Source: Nitrosomonadales bacterium (lineage in GTDB: Bacteria; Pseudomonadota; Gammaproteobacteria; Burkholderiales; Gallionellaceae). From it: a stretch of 64,000 nt of DNA. The stretch lies in the NCBI GenBank assembly GCA_025350915.1, contig JANXWX010000034.1:8677-72676 (forward strand), read 5' to 3'. The translations under genes and the position numbers were made by a program. The notes beneath the pieces are model-generated. The model saw only the letters and a program-made list of their open reading frames with translations, made no database searches and had not been told where the DNA came from. Shown one piece after another: positions 35,506 through 44,049 of this stretch; position 1 is the first letter of the stretch; the number at the start of each line of letters is the position of its first letter.

Positions 35506-35808
35506 ATGAACAAGAAATTGATTGATAGGGATGAAGATATTCTGCAGGCATCATTGGCGATTAAATCAATTGCACATCCTCTAAGACTTAAAATTTTATG
35601 TGTTCTGGGCAGCGAGGAAGTGAGCGTTCAGGAAATAGTTGATTCTGTCGGCACCTCGCAAAGCAATATTTCACAGCATTTGGCCCTGCTAAGGGATAAG
35701 GGTGTCTTGTGCACACGCAAGGATGCCAATCGTGTGTATTACAGAATAAACGACCATCGCACACTGAAACTGGTTGAGTTGATGCGGGATGTGTTTTGCA
35801 CCAGCTAG
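35506..35808 (+). CDS. ArsR/SmtB-family transcriptional regulator, YgaV-like
   Basis: I place the start at ATG 35506. The wHTH reads HPLRLKILCVLGSEEVSVQEIVDSVGTSQSNISQHLALLRDKGVL. Cys residues sit in KILCVL, VLCTRKD and the C-terminal DVFCTS. The first and last positions parallel E. coli YgaV as I recall it. Confidence 0.82.
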   Translation: MNKKLIDRDEDILQASLAIKSIAHPLRLKILCVLGSEEVSVQEIVDSVGTSQSNISQHLALLRDKGVLCTRKDANRVYYRINDHRTLKLVELMRDVFCTS

Positions 35809-35822
35809 CCTGACATTTCTGG

Positions 35823-35851
35823 TTGCATAGTTTTGTATATTAGAATATAAT
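35823..35851 (+). promoter_or_regulatory. sigma70 promoter for the MFP-RND operon
   Basis: TTGCAT (5/6) is followed by a 17-nt spacer (agttttgtatattagaa) and TATAAT (6/6). It lies 52 nt upstream of the MFP ATG. Confidence 0.6.
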
Positions 35852-35861
35852 AATATTATTA
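35848..35861. promoter_or_regulatory. 14-bp perfect palindrome overlapping the -10 box (candidate ArsR-family operator)
   Basis: TAATAAT-ATTATTA is a perfect palindrome. It overlaps the last 4 nt of the TATAAT box. The region is very AT-rich, so chance palindromes are more likely than elsewhere. Confidence 0.35.
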
Positions 35862-35902
35862 ATAAGCGGTATTGTATTGCTATCTACTAAGGTGATTAAA
35901 CT

Positions 35903-36940
35903 ATGAAACTTCAAACTATCTTATTGAATGCGCTCGGTGTTTGTTCTGCAGTATTGTCTTTTTCCCTGCAGGCTGAGCCGCTGGCAGTCGTCAAGGCGGA
36001 GTACCGTGAAGTAGCGCAAACCTACAGTGTTGAGGGGATAATGGAGGCAGTACGCCAATCCACCGTTTCTGCACAAATCTCTGGTCGGGTAAAAGAAGTG
36101 AATTTCGATGTGGGCGACACGGTCAAAAAGGGCCAGGTTATCCTGCGTATCGATGAGCGTGAAACAGAGCAGGCGCTGGCAGGTAGCCAGGCGCAGGTGA
36201 TGCAAGCGCAAGCTGCGCTGACCCAGGCCAAGGCCAGTTACGAGCGTTCACTGCAGTTGTTTGAACAGAAATATATCAGCCAATCCGCTCTGGATAAGGC
36301 AAAGGCGGATTTCGACATGGCCAAGGCCCAGGCTGCCGCCAGTGAGGCGGGAGAAAGCCAACAGGCATTGGCAAGAGGTTATGCCTCGGTTATAGCGCCG
36401 TTCTCTGGTGTGGTCGCTCAGCGTCTGGTTGAGGTCGGTGAAATGATGACCATAGGCAAGCCGATGATGGTGGGTTTTGATCCCTCTCAACTGCGTGTCG
36501 TGGTGAATGTGCCGCAATACAAGCTGGCCGACATTGGCACCCATCCCAAAGTAAGTGTCGAGCTGACATCGGTCAAGCGCTGGGTTAAGGCTGCCGCTGT
36601 TTCAGTACAACCGTCAGCCGATTCGCGCACCCATAGCACCCAGGTGCGTATCACCATGCCCGCAAATGAAAAAGGTATCTACCCGGGTATGTTTGTTCGC
36701 GCCCACTTTGCAGTGGGCAAGGCCAACAAGCTGCTAATACCGGCCAGTGCGGTGGTGCGTCGCAGCGAGGTGGTGGGTGTTTATGTCGTGGATGAGAAGG
36801 GTGGCGCACGCTTGCGTCAGATTCGCCTGGGCGAGACAACCGCAGAAAATGAGGTTGAAGTACTGGTGGGGCTGAATCCGGGTGAAAACGTGGCGCTCGA
36901 CCCGATCAAAGCTGGTATGGCTGTGTCTCAGTCCAAATAA
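35903..36940 (+). CDS. efflux RND transporter periplasmic adaptor subunit (MFP)
   Basis: 345-aa ORF. It has a signal peptide, the lipoyl/hairpin pattern GRVKEVNFDVGDTVKKGQVILRID, a coiled-coil Ala/Gln stretch, and VIAPFSGVV. Confidence 0.88.
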   Translation: MKLQTILLNALGVCSAVLSFSLQAEPLAVVKAEYREVAQTYSVEGIMEAVRQSTVSAQISGRVKEVNFDVGDTVKKGQVILRIDERETEQALAGSQAQVMQAQAALTQAKASYERSLQLFEQKYISQSALDKAKADFDMAKAQAAASEAGESQQALARGYASVIAPFSGVVAQRLVEVGEMMTIGKPMMVGFDPSQLRVVVNVPQYKLADIGTHPKVSVELTSVKRWVKAAAVSVQPSADSRTHSTQVRITMPANEKGIYPGMFVRAHFAVGKANKLLIPASAVVRRSEVVGVYVVDEKGGARLRQIRLGETTAENEVEVLVGLNPGENVALDPIKAGMAVSQSK

Positions 36941-37051
36941 ATGCCCAAATATATAGTAAGTAAGGGTGCAACATTGAGAATGCGTTTCTCAATGTAATAA
37001 CCGACAGCAACATTTACTTTTGCCTAATATTACTTATCAGGAATAACGATC

Positions 37052-40000
37052 ATGGGTATCTCCGGACGTATCTCTAAATTTTTTATGCATTCGCAAATGA
37101 CGCCATTGCTGGCGTTGGTGGCTGTGCTGCTGGGCATCTTCGCTGTGATGGTTACGCCGCGTGAAGAAGAGCCGCAAATCAACGTGACCATGGCAAACGT
37201 GATGATCGCCTATCCCGGCGCATCCAGCCAGGATGTGGCGCGTACCGTATCAACACCTGCCGAACAGGTGTTGTCGCAAATTGCCGGTGTGGAACATGTG
37301 TACTCCGTGTCGCTGCCGGGTATGGCTATCATTTCCGTACAGTTCAAGGTGGGTGAGTTGCACGGCCCATCCATGGTTAAACTGTATGACGTAATCAATT
37401 CACATGCAGACTGGTTGCCGGCAACACTGGGCGTGATGCAACCGCTGATCAAGGCGAGGGGAATTGATGATGTGCCTATCGCCGCATTTACGCTGTGGCG
37501 TGATCAGGCTGAAGGCAGCGGTCTGGCTTTGACCCATGTCGCGCATGCCATCGAGTCGGAGCTAAAGCGCGTCAATGGAACGCGTGAAGTAACCACTATC
37601 GGTGCGACACAGCGCATGGTGCGGGTATTGCTGAATCCGGAGGCGCTGAATGCCTATCAGTTGTCGATACAGGAAGTGCGCGCTGCACTGCAGGCCGCCA
37701 ACGTATCGAAAAGTGCGGGTTATTTAACCCAGCGTAACCGGGAAATACTGGTTCAAACCGGTAATTTTTTGAGTACCGCCGGCGAAGTCAAACAACTGGT
37801 CGTGGGTGTTTCCAGTGGCAAGCCTGTGTATTTACAGGATGTAGCAGACGTAAAAGATGGTGCCGATTTGCCATCTAAGTATGTATGGATGGGTACCGGT
37901 GCTGCCGCTGCCGATAAAGGAATATCTGCCAAGGGTGAATTCACCGCCGTTACACTCGCGGTGTCTAAAAAACCCGGTGAAAATGCGGTTGATGTCGCCA
38001 GCAAACTGCTGCAGCGGGTTGAAGAATTAAAAGGCACGGTTATCCCTTCGGATGTGCATGTCACCACGACGCGTAACTATGGTGAGACAGCCAATGACAA
38101 GGCAAAGAAGCTGATACAGAAACTGATCTTTGCGACCAGTGCGGTAATTGCTCTGGTATGGATTGCGCTGGGTCGCCGTGAAGCGCTCATCGTGGGTGTT
38201 GCGGTATCACTCACTTTGGCGGTGACATTGTTTGCCTCCTGGGCCTACGGTTTTACACTTAACCGCGTGTCACTATTTGCATTGATTTTTTCCATTGGAA
38301 TACTGGTGGATGATGCGATTGTGGTGGTGGAGAATATACATAGACGCCGTGAACTGGACACGCATAAGCCCTTGTCGGAAATTATTCCGGAAGCGGTAGA
38401 TGAGGTGGGTGGCCCCACCATTTTGGCAACCCTCGCTGTTATTGCGGCATTGCTGCCTATGGCGTTTGTGACGGGGTTGATGGGTCCCTATATGAGCCCG
38501 ATTCCAATCAATGCCAGCATGGGCATGTTGATCTCGCTGGCGGTGGCTTTTGTTGTTACACCTTGGCTGGCATTGCGTTTCTCGGCTTCCCATCATGCGA
38601 CGGTCAAGAATGAAAATGATAGTGGTTTGGCGCGCTTCTTCCGCGCACGCCTGACACCATTCCTGAATGGCGAGCACGGCAAGAAGGCGCGCAAGAAACT
38701 ATGGCTGGGAATTCTTGCCGGATTGTTCTTGTCGGTATCGCTTGTAGTCGTCAAGTTGGTGGTATTAAAAATGCTCCCGTTCGACAATAAATCCGAGTTT
38801 CAGGTGGTGGTTGATATGCCAACCGGCACCGCGCTGGAGCAAACCTCGGCAGTGTTGCATGAGATCGGCGCGTATCTGGCCACAGTGCCGGAAGTAACCG
38901 ATTACCAGGGCTATGCGGGTACCGCGGCACCGATTAATTTCAATGGTTTGGTGAGGCAGTATTATTTGAGATCCTCCTCCGAGCAAGGTGATATCCAGGT
39001 AAACCTGCAGGACAAGCACCATCGCAAGCTGAGCAGTCACGAGGTTGCCGGAAAAGTGCTGGTGCCAATCGAAAAAATCGCGAAAAAATGGGGAGCCAAA
39101 GTCAAGATCGTTGAAGTACCACCCGGCCCGCCCGTATTGTCTCCCATAGTGGCAGAAATCTATGGCCCGGATTATGAGGGCGCGCGCAAAGTGGCGGGGG
39201 TGGTGCGTGAACAATTCGCCAGGACACCGGATATTGTTGCGATTGACGATACCGTAACCGAAGCCGCGCCGAAAATGGTGATGCATGTGTTGCAAAGCAA
39301 GGCGGCATTGCTCGGCATAGCACCGCAGGATATCGTCGATACGATCCACGTGGCTTTATCTGGCCAGGATGTGACCTCGCTGCACGACGACACAGCAAAG
39401 TATGCCTTGCCACTGCGCATGAGCCTGCCAGTCGAGAGTCGCAGCCGTATCGATAACGTGCTTAAACTTAAGGTGCGTGCCCGAGACGGGGTGCTGGTGC
39501 CTTTGTCGGAACTGGTGCAGATTGTTAATCTGGAGAGGGATTATCCGATTTATCATAAGGATCTTTTACCGGTGGTTTATGTGTTTGGCGACATGGCAGG
39601 CAAGCTGGATAGCCCGCTGTACGGCATGTTTGGTATAGACAGCAAACTTGATGGCATCCCACTGGCAGAGGGCGGCATTCTGCAAAACTGGTATTTCAAG
39701 TCACCTTCCAATCCCTACTCTGCCTATTCACTGAAATGGGACGGCGAGTGGCAGGTCACTTTTGAAACTTTCCGTGATATGGGGATCGCCTATGCAGTGG
39801 GGTTGGTGCTGATCTACCTGCTGGTGGTGGCACAGTTCAAGAACTATCTGGTGCCGCTGATTATCATGGCGCCAATCCCGCTGACAATCATCGGCGTGAT
39901 GCCGGGGCATGCCTTGCTGGGTGCACAGTTCACCGCCACCTCCATGATAGGCATGATCGCACTGGCGGGTATTATTGTGCGTAACTCTATCCTGCTGGTG

Positions 40001-40252
40001 GATTTTGTTAACCTGCAACTGGCCGAGGGAGTCAAGTTGCAGCAGGCCGTTATCACCGCGGCAAGTGCACGCGCCAAGCCGATTATCCTGACCGGACTAG
40101 CCGCGATGGCGGGTGCATTATTTATACTGGATGACCCCATTTTCAATGGACTGGCGATCGCTTTGATCTTCGGTATCATGGTTTCTACGGTGTTAACGCT
40201 AGTGGCCATACCGGTACTGTATTACGCCACTTTGTACAAGAAATTCGAGTAG
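37052..40252 (+). CDS. efflux RND transporter permease subunit (AcrB/AcrD/AcrF superfamily)
   Basis: 1066-aa ORF. It has the twelve-TM, two-large-loop layout. TM4 reads FALIFSIGILVDDAIVVVENI, with a duplicated second half (GMIALAGIIVRNSILLVDF). Confidence 0.93.
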   Translation: MGISGRISKFFMHSQMTPLLALVAVLLGIFAVMVTPREEEPQINVTMANVMIAYPGASSQDVARTVSTPAEQVLSQIAGVEHVYSVSLPGMAIISVQFKVGELHGPSMVKLYDVINSHADWLPATLGVMQPLIKARGIDDVPIAAFTLWRDQAEGSGLALTHVAHAIESELKRVNGTREVTTIGATQRMVRVLLNPEALNAYQLSIQEVRAALQAANVSKSAGYLTQRNREILVQTGNFLSTAGEVKQLVVGVSSGKPVYLQDVADVKDGADLPSKYVWMGTGAAAADKGISAKGEFTAVTLAVSKKPGENAVDVASKLLQRVEELKGTVIPSDVHVTTTRNYGETANDKAKKLIQKLIFATSAVIALVWIALGRREALIVGVAVSLTLAVTLFASWAYGFTLNRVSLFALIFSIGILVDDAIVVVENIHRRRELDTHKPLSEIIPEAVDEVGGPTILATLAVIAALLPMAFVTGLMGPYMSPIPINASMGMLISLAVAFVVTPWLALRFSASHHATVKNENDSGLARFFRARLTPFLNGEHGKKARKKLWLGILAGLFLSVSLVVVKLVVLKMLPFDNKSEFQVVVDMPTGTALEQTSAVLHEIGAYLATVPEVTDYQGYAGTAAPINFNGLVRQYYLRSSSEQGDIQVNLQDKHHRKLSSHEVAGKVLVPIEKIAKKWGAKVKIVEVPPGPPVLSPIVAEIYGPDYEGARKVAGVVREQFARTPDIVAIDDTVTEAAPKMVMHVLQSKAALLGIAPQDIVDTIHVALSGQDVTSLHDDTAKYALPLRMSLPVESRSRIDNVLKLKVRARDGVLVPLSELVQIVNLERDYPIYHKDLLPVVYVFGDMAGKLDSPLYGMFGIDSKLDGIPLAEGGILQNWYFKSPSNPYSAYSLKWDGEWQVTFETFRDMGIAYAVGLVLIYLLVVAQFKNYLVPLIIMAPIPLTIIGVMPGHALLGAQFTATSMIGMIALAGIIVRNSILLVDFVNLQLAEGVKLQQAVITAASARAKPIILTGLAAMAGALFILDDPIFNGLAIALIFGIMVSTVLTLVAIPVLYYATLYKKFE

Positions 40253-40345
40253 AATGCTGTGTTAATTGCTATTTCACCTGCGTAGTTCAGTACGGTGAAA
40301 TAGGAATGATGTTAATAGGTAATTATTAATTTTGGAGAGAGAGTT

Positions 40346-40555
40346 ATGAACGCAGAACGTATCGTTAGAATTGTTGCAGGATTTATGATTATGTTGACAT
40401 TGTCACTGGGTCTGGAAGCCAGCCCGATTTTTGTCAGCAAATACTTCCTGTTCTTTACCGCATTTGTTGGTTTGAATTTATTCCAGAGCGGCTTTACCCG
40501 TTTTTGCCCGTTGACCAATATATTGTCGAAGTTCGGAGTCAAGGGCAGTTGCTAA
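40346..40555 (+). CDS. DUF2892 (YgaP C-terminal-like) small membrane protein
   Basis: 69-aa ORF. RIVRIVAGFMIMLTLSLG...FFTAFVGLNLFQSGFTRFCPL is the two-helix DUF2892 pattern. A GGAGAGAG RBS lies upstream. Confidence 0.75.
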   Translation: MNAERIVRIVAGFMIMLTLSLGLEASPIFVSKYFLFFTAFVGLNLFQSGFTRFCPLTNILSKFGVKGSC

Positions 40556-40596
40556 ACAAGCTGCAGTCTGAGTTACCCGTCTTGCGCGGGTTGAAC

Positions 40597-42342
40597 ATGG
40601 CCCACATTAGTCTGGTATTGATCGGATTAATGTGGGTTTTGCCGTTTCTGTACTACTACCACGCCTACCCGCTCACGACCTTCTATCAGGAATGGGGTGC
40701 TGCGATACTGGGTTTAAGCGCGAGTATTTTTTTACTGAATAAATCCTTTTGGCAAAAGCCGGAAGTACCGCGCATAGTATTGCTGCCAATATTTTTAATG
40801 CTACTGGTGTTGCTGCAATATTTGCTGGGAAAAATTACCTATTTTGACCAGGCACTGCTGTTCACCCTGTACATGTTGTGGGCGACCTTGCTGATGATGT
40901 TGGGCAAAGCGTTGCGCGATAAGCTGGGATTGCCGGTGCTGGCAACTGTTTTGGCCGTATTTCTGCTGTTGGGTGCGGAGCTCAACGCGATGCTCGGCAT
41001 CTTGCAGCACTATCGCTGGCATACGTTTCTGGACCCCGTAGTCACGGCCAAAAATGGTATCGCCGTTTACGGCAATATGGCGCAACCCAATCATTATGCC
41101 AACTACATCATGCTGGGTCTGATATCGCTGGGCTTGTTGCGTATGCACATGCGTAACTGGCAAGCCGTGGTATTGGCGTTGCCCTTATTATTTGTGCTGG
41201 TGCTGAGCGGGTCGCGCAGCTCCTGGTTTTATATGCTGAGTCTGACTGCTTTGGCGGCGTTATGGCAGTATCGCGACAAGTCCTGCAAACATCTGTTGCA
41301 TTACGGTTTGATGCTGCTGCTGGGTTTTGGCCTGATGCATTGGGTGGTGCATTTATCCTGGTTTAGCGGAACAACAGGTAGCGTCACGACCATGCAGCGG
41401 ATGCTGGCTGGGGACACCAGCGGAAGTATCAGACTGTATTTGTGGCACGAGTCCTGGTTGATCTTTTCCCAGTTTCCGCTTTTCGGAGCCGGCCTGGGTC
41501 AGTTTGCCTGGCAGCATTTTCAGTTGGGCCCGCAATTGCACGCGACCAATATCACGGGCCTCTATAACAATGCCCATAACCTGTTTATACAGATAGCCGT
41601 AGAGCTGGGATTCGGCGGATTATCGATCGTGCTGGTGACACTTGGGCTTTGGGTATGGCAAAGCATTCGCTTACAGATGACGCAATATCACTGGTGGGCT
41701 TATGCGGTGCTGAGCGTGCTGTTTATCCACAGCATGCTTGAATACCCGCTGTGGTATGCCTATTTTATGGGTGTGGCGGCTTTTTTACTGGGCGTGCTGG
41801 ATCATCGCGTTTATCGTTTGGAGTTGCGTAAAATGGGGCGTCTGTCGGTGGCGTCGATACTGGTACTGGGATTTATTTCGATGTTTCAGTGGCAGCTTGG
41901 ATACCAGCGTCTGGAAGGCGTGTTGAGCATACGAGCGCATTCTGCAGCAGACAATACCGTGGCAAACAGGATGCGGGATGGGCTAGTACGGTTATATGGC
42001 ATCGTGCTATTGCAACCGTACACAGAGCTGTTTTTGAACAGCTGGATGGAGATCAATGCGGAGGAACTGGATAAAAAAACCGCGTTTAATGCAGGTTCGG
42101 CTCGCTTTATACCCATTAGTAATGTGGTTTATCGCATGGCCTGGCTGCAGGCGTTGGCAAATAAACAGGCAGAAGCGCGGTTGCAGGTGGAGCGTGCTAT
42201 CTGGGCGTACCCTGCAGATTTCCCCGTCCAGAAAAACGAGTTAAGTGCGTTGGCGCAGAAAGATCCGGAGCACTTCGCAGCTCTGTTAGAATTCGCAATC
42301 AAGAAAAATGAGGAGTATGTCAATGCAGTATCTGCAAAATAA
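40597..42342 (+). CDS. PglL/PilO-type O-oligosaccharyltransferase (O-antigen ligase/Wzy_C superfamily)
   Basis: I place the start at ATG 40597 (MAHISLVLIGLMWVLPFLYYYHAYPLTTFYQEWGAAILGL), a typical PglL N-terminus. The Wzy_C core has SRSSWF and YNNAHNLFIQIAVELGFGG. A C-terminal soluble helical domain follows. The track start at 40504 would overlap the DUF2892 gene. Confidence 0.72.
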   Translation: MAHISLVLIGLMWVLPFLYYYHAYPLTTFYQEWGAAILGLSASIFLLNKSFWQKPEVPRIVLLPIFLMLLVLLQYLLGKITYFDQALLFTLYMLWATLLMMLGKALRDKLGLPVLATVLAVFLLLGAELNAMLGILQHYRWHTFLDPVVTAKNGIAVYGNMAQPNHYANYIMLGLISLGLLRMHMRNWQAVVLALPLLFVLVLSGSRSSWFYMLSLTALAALWQYRDKSCKHLLHYGLMLLLGFGLMHWVVHLSWFSGTTGSVTTMQRMLAGDTSGSIRLYLWHESWLIFSQFPLFGAGLGQFAWQHFQLGPQLHATNITGLYNNAHNLFIQIAVELGFGGLSIVLVTLGLWVWQSIRLQMTQYHWWAYAVLSVLFIHSMLEYPLWYAYFMGVAAFLLGVLDHRVYRLELRKMGRLSVASILVLGFISMFQWQLGYQRLEGVLSIRAHSAADNTVANRMRDGLVRLYGIVLLQPYTELFLNSWMEINAEELDKKTAFNAGSARFIPISNVVYRMAWLQALANKQAEARLQVERAIWAYPADFPVQKNELSALAQKDPEHFAALLEFAIKKNEEYVNAVSAK

Positions 42343-42733
42343 TATTTGGACTATCGTCATTGCCATCATGAGTGGCACGATGTTGTTATGGTCTTTTTTT
42401 GGTAACCGTCTGCGCGGGATAAAAGATGTAGACCTCGCCGAGGCTTTGCAGCTGATCAATCACAAAAATGCATTGGTTTTGGATGTCCGCGAAGAGTCTG
42501 AATATAAATCCGGCCACATCCTCAATGCAAAATGGATACCGCTCGGCAAGCTGTCCGGTCGCACGGGAGAGCTGGAGCGCTACCGCGAACAGGATATCGT
42601 GGTTGTTTGCCGCAGCGGCAACCGTTCTTCAAGTGCTTGCGCATTGCTGGTTAAACAAGGCTTCGCTCAGGCGGTTAATATGTCAGGCGGCGTAATGGCC
42701 TGGCAGAAATCTAACTTACCTCTGGAGAAATAA
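42323..42733 (+). CDS. rhodanese-like domain protein with N-terminal TM anchor (YibN-like)
   Basis: I place the start at ATG 42323, 7 nt after AGGAG. The TM helix is IWTIVIAIMSGTMLLWSFF. The active-site loop is VVVCRSGNRS. Its position before grxC-secB-gpsA mirrors E. coli yibN. Confidence 0.85.
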   Translation: MQYLQNNIWTIVIAIMSGTMLLWSFFGNRLRGIKDVDLAEALQLINHKNALVLDVREESEYKSGHILNAKWIPLGKLSGRTGELERYREQDIVVVCRSGNRSSSACALLVKQGFAQAVNMSGGVMAWQKSNLPLEK

Positions 42734-42735
42734 TC

Positions 42736-42993
42736 ATGGCAAAAGTAACCATGTATTGCACTGAAGTGTGCCCTTATTGCGTACGCGCCGAGCAGTTGCT
42801 CAAAAAACGCGGCGTGACTGAAATCGAAAAAATCCGCATTGATCTGCTGCCCGAACAGCGCGACATCATGATGGCAAAAACCGGCCGTCGCACGGTGCCG
42901 CAAATCTACATTGGCGAACACCATGTGGGCGGTTTTGATGATATGGCCGAGCTGGATAGTCAGGGCGGCTTAATGCCCTTGTTAAATGCCTGA
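42736..42993 (+). CDS. grxC: glutaredoxin 3
   Basis: 85-aa ORF. The CPYC active site, TVPQIYIG and GGFDDM are present. Confidence 0.93.
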   Translation: MAKVTMYCTEVCPYCVRAEQLLKKRGVTEIEKIRIDLLPEQRDIMMAKTGRRTVPQIYIGEHHVGGFDDMAELDSQGGLMPLLNA

Positions 42994-43032
42994 GCATTTG
43001 GCGACGATAAAATAAAAAACCAAGGAATTGCA

Positions 43033-43503
43033 ATGAGCGAAGCAGCAGCGACAGAAGTCAAACAGCCAGAATTCAATATTGAAAAACTCTACGTTAAAGA
43101 TTTGTCGGTAGAGGTACCCCATGCCCCGAGTATTTTTCTGGAGCGTGAAAGCCCGCAGGTAGATATGCAGCTGCACACAGAAAATTCGGCAATCGGTGAA
43201 GGCGTTTACGAAGTGACCGTTACCGCTACACTCACCGCCAAGCTAAGTGTGCAGGACAAAATCATGTTCCTGATCGAGGCAAAACAGGCAGGTATTTTTC
43301 ATGTGAAAAATTTGCCCGCTGCCGAGATCGATTCAGTACTTGCTGTGGTATGTCCAAACATCCTGTTTCCCTATCTGCGTGAAGTGGTAACGGACGTATC
43401 CGTTCGCTCCGGTTTCGCACCTGTGCTGCTCAATCCGATCAATTTTGAAGCGCTGTACCAGCAACAGAAAGATCAGGCGGCGGCTGCAGCGACCAAGCAT
43501 TAA
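43033..43503 (+). CDS. secB: protein-export chaperone SecB
   Basis: 156-aa ORF. FNIEKLYVKDLSVEVPHAP and CPNILFPYLREVVTDVSVRSGFAPVLLNPINFEALY are present. Confidence 0.93.
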   Translation: MSEAAATEVKQPEFNIEKLYVKDLSVEVPHAPSIFLERESPQVDMQLHTENSAIGEGVYEVTVTATLTAKLSVQDKIMFLIEAKQAGIFHVKNLPAAEIDSVLAVVCPNILFPYLREVVTDVSVRSGFAPVLLNPINFEALYQQQKDQAAAAATKH

Positions 43504-43514
43504 GTTGACGTAAA

Positions 43515-43997
43515 ATGAAACTGACCGGACATCAATCATCGAGCGGAATACCCGGATTGCCGGGTTGGATGGTCCTGGTAATATTTTTGTTGTCAGCCGA
43601 TGCAGCCAGTGCGCTTGAGTATGTGTCAGTCTCGGACAATACCGCCGTCCTCTACGATGCAAACTCGACCAAGTCAAAAAAATTATTTGTGATCAGCCGC
43701 TACACGCCGCTGGAAGCAGTGGTGAATCTGCAAAACTGGATCAAGGTGCGCGACAGCTCGGGCACGATGGCCTGGATTGAAAGACGCTCCGTCAGTGACA
43801 AGCATTACGTCGTCGTCAGTGTTGCCATGGCGTCGGTGTTGCGCGCACCGGAAGCCAATGCACCCGTGATATATCAGGTGTCCAGAAACGTGGCGATGGA
43901 ATCGCTGGGGGTAAATGGCGGCGGCTGGATCAAGGTACGAGATCAGGACGGCACCCTGGGCTATATGAAATCCATCGAGGTATGGGGAGCAGAATGA
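43515..43997 (+). CDS. bacterial SH3 domain-containing secreted protein
   Basis: 160-aa ORF with a signal peptide. It has two SH3b-like units (LEAVVNLQNWIKVRDSSGTMAWI and MESLGVNGGGWIKVRDQDGTLGYM). Confidence 0.68.
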   Translation: MKLTGHQSSSGIPGLPGWMVLVIFLLSADAASALEYVSVSDNTAVLYDANSTKSKKLFVISRYTPLEAVVNLQNWIKVRDSSGTMAWIERRSVSDKHYVVVSVAMASVLRAPEANAPVIYQVSRNVAMESLGVNGGGWIKVRDQDGTLGYMKSIEVWGAE

Positions 43998-44049
43998 AGG
44001 TGGATTTTTATCAATACAGCGTCGACCTGCAGCGACGTATTTCAGTTAG

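Noticed and set aside
38273-39556. Several minus-strand ORFs of 100-194 aa lie inside the RND pump gene. Similar antisense ORFs occur inside polA, argA, gpmI and mshE.
   Set aside because: All lie fully within strongly supported genes on the other strand. They have Arg/His/Cys-rich low-complexity translations.
40269-40303. A hairpin, CTATTTCACC-15 nt-GGTGAAATAG, lies just after the RND pump stop.
   Set aside because: The loop is long and there is no T-tract. The DUF2892 gene follows within 45 nt, so read-through is likely. I do not call it a terminator.
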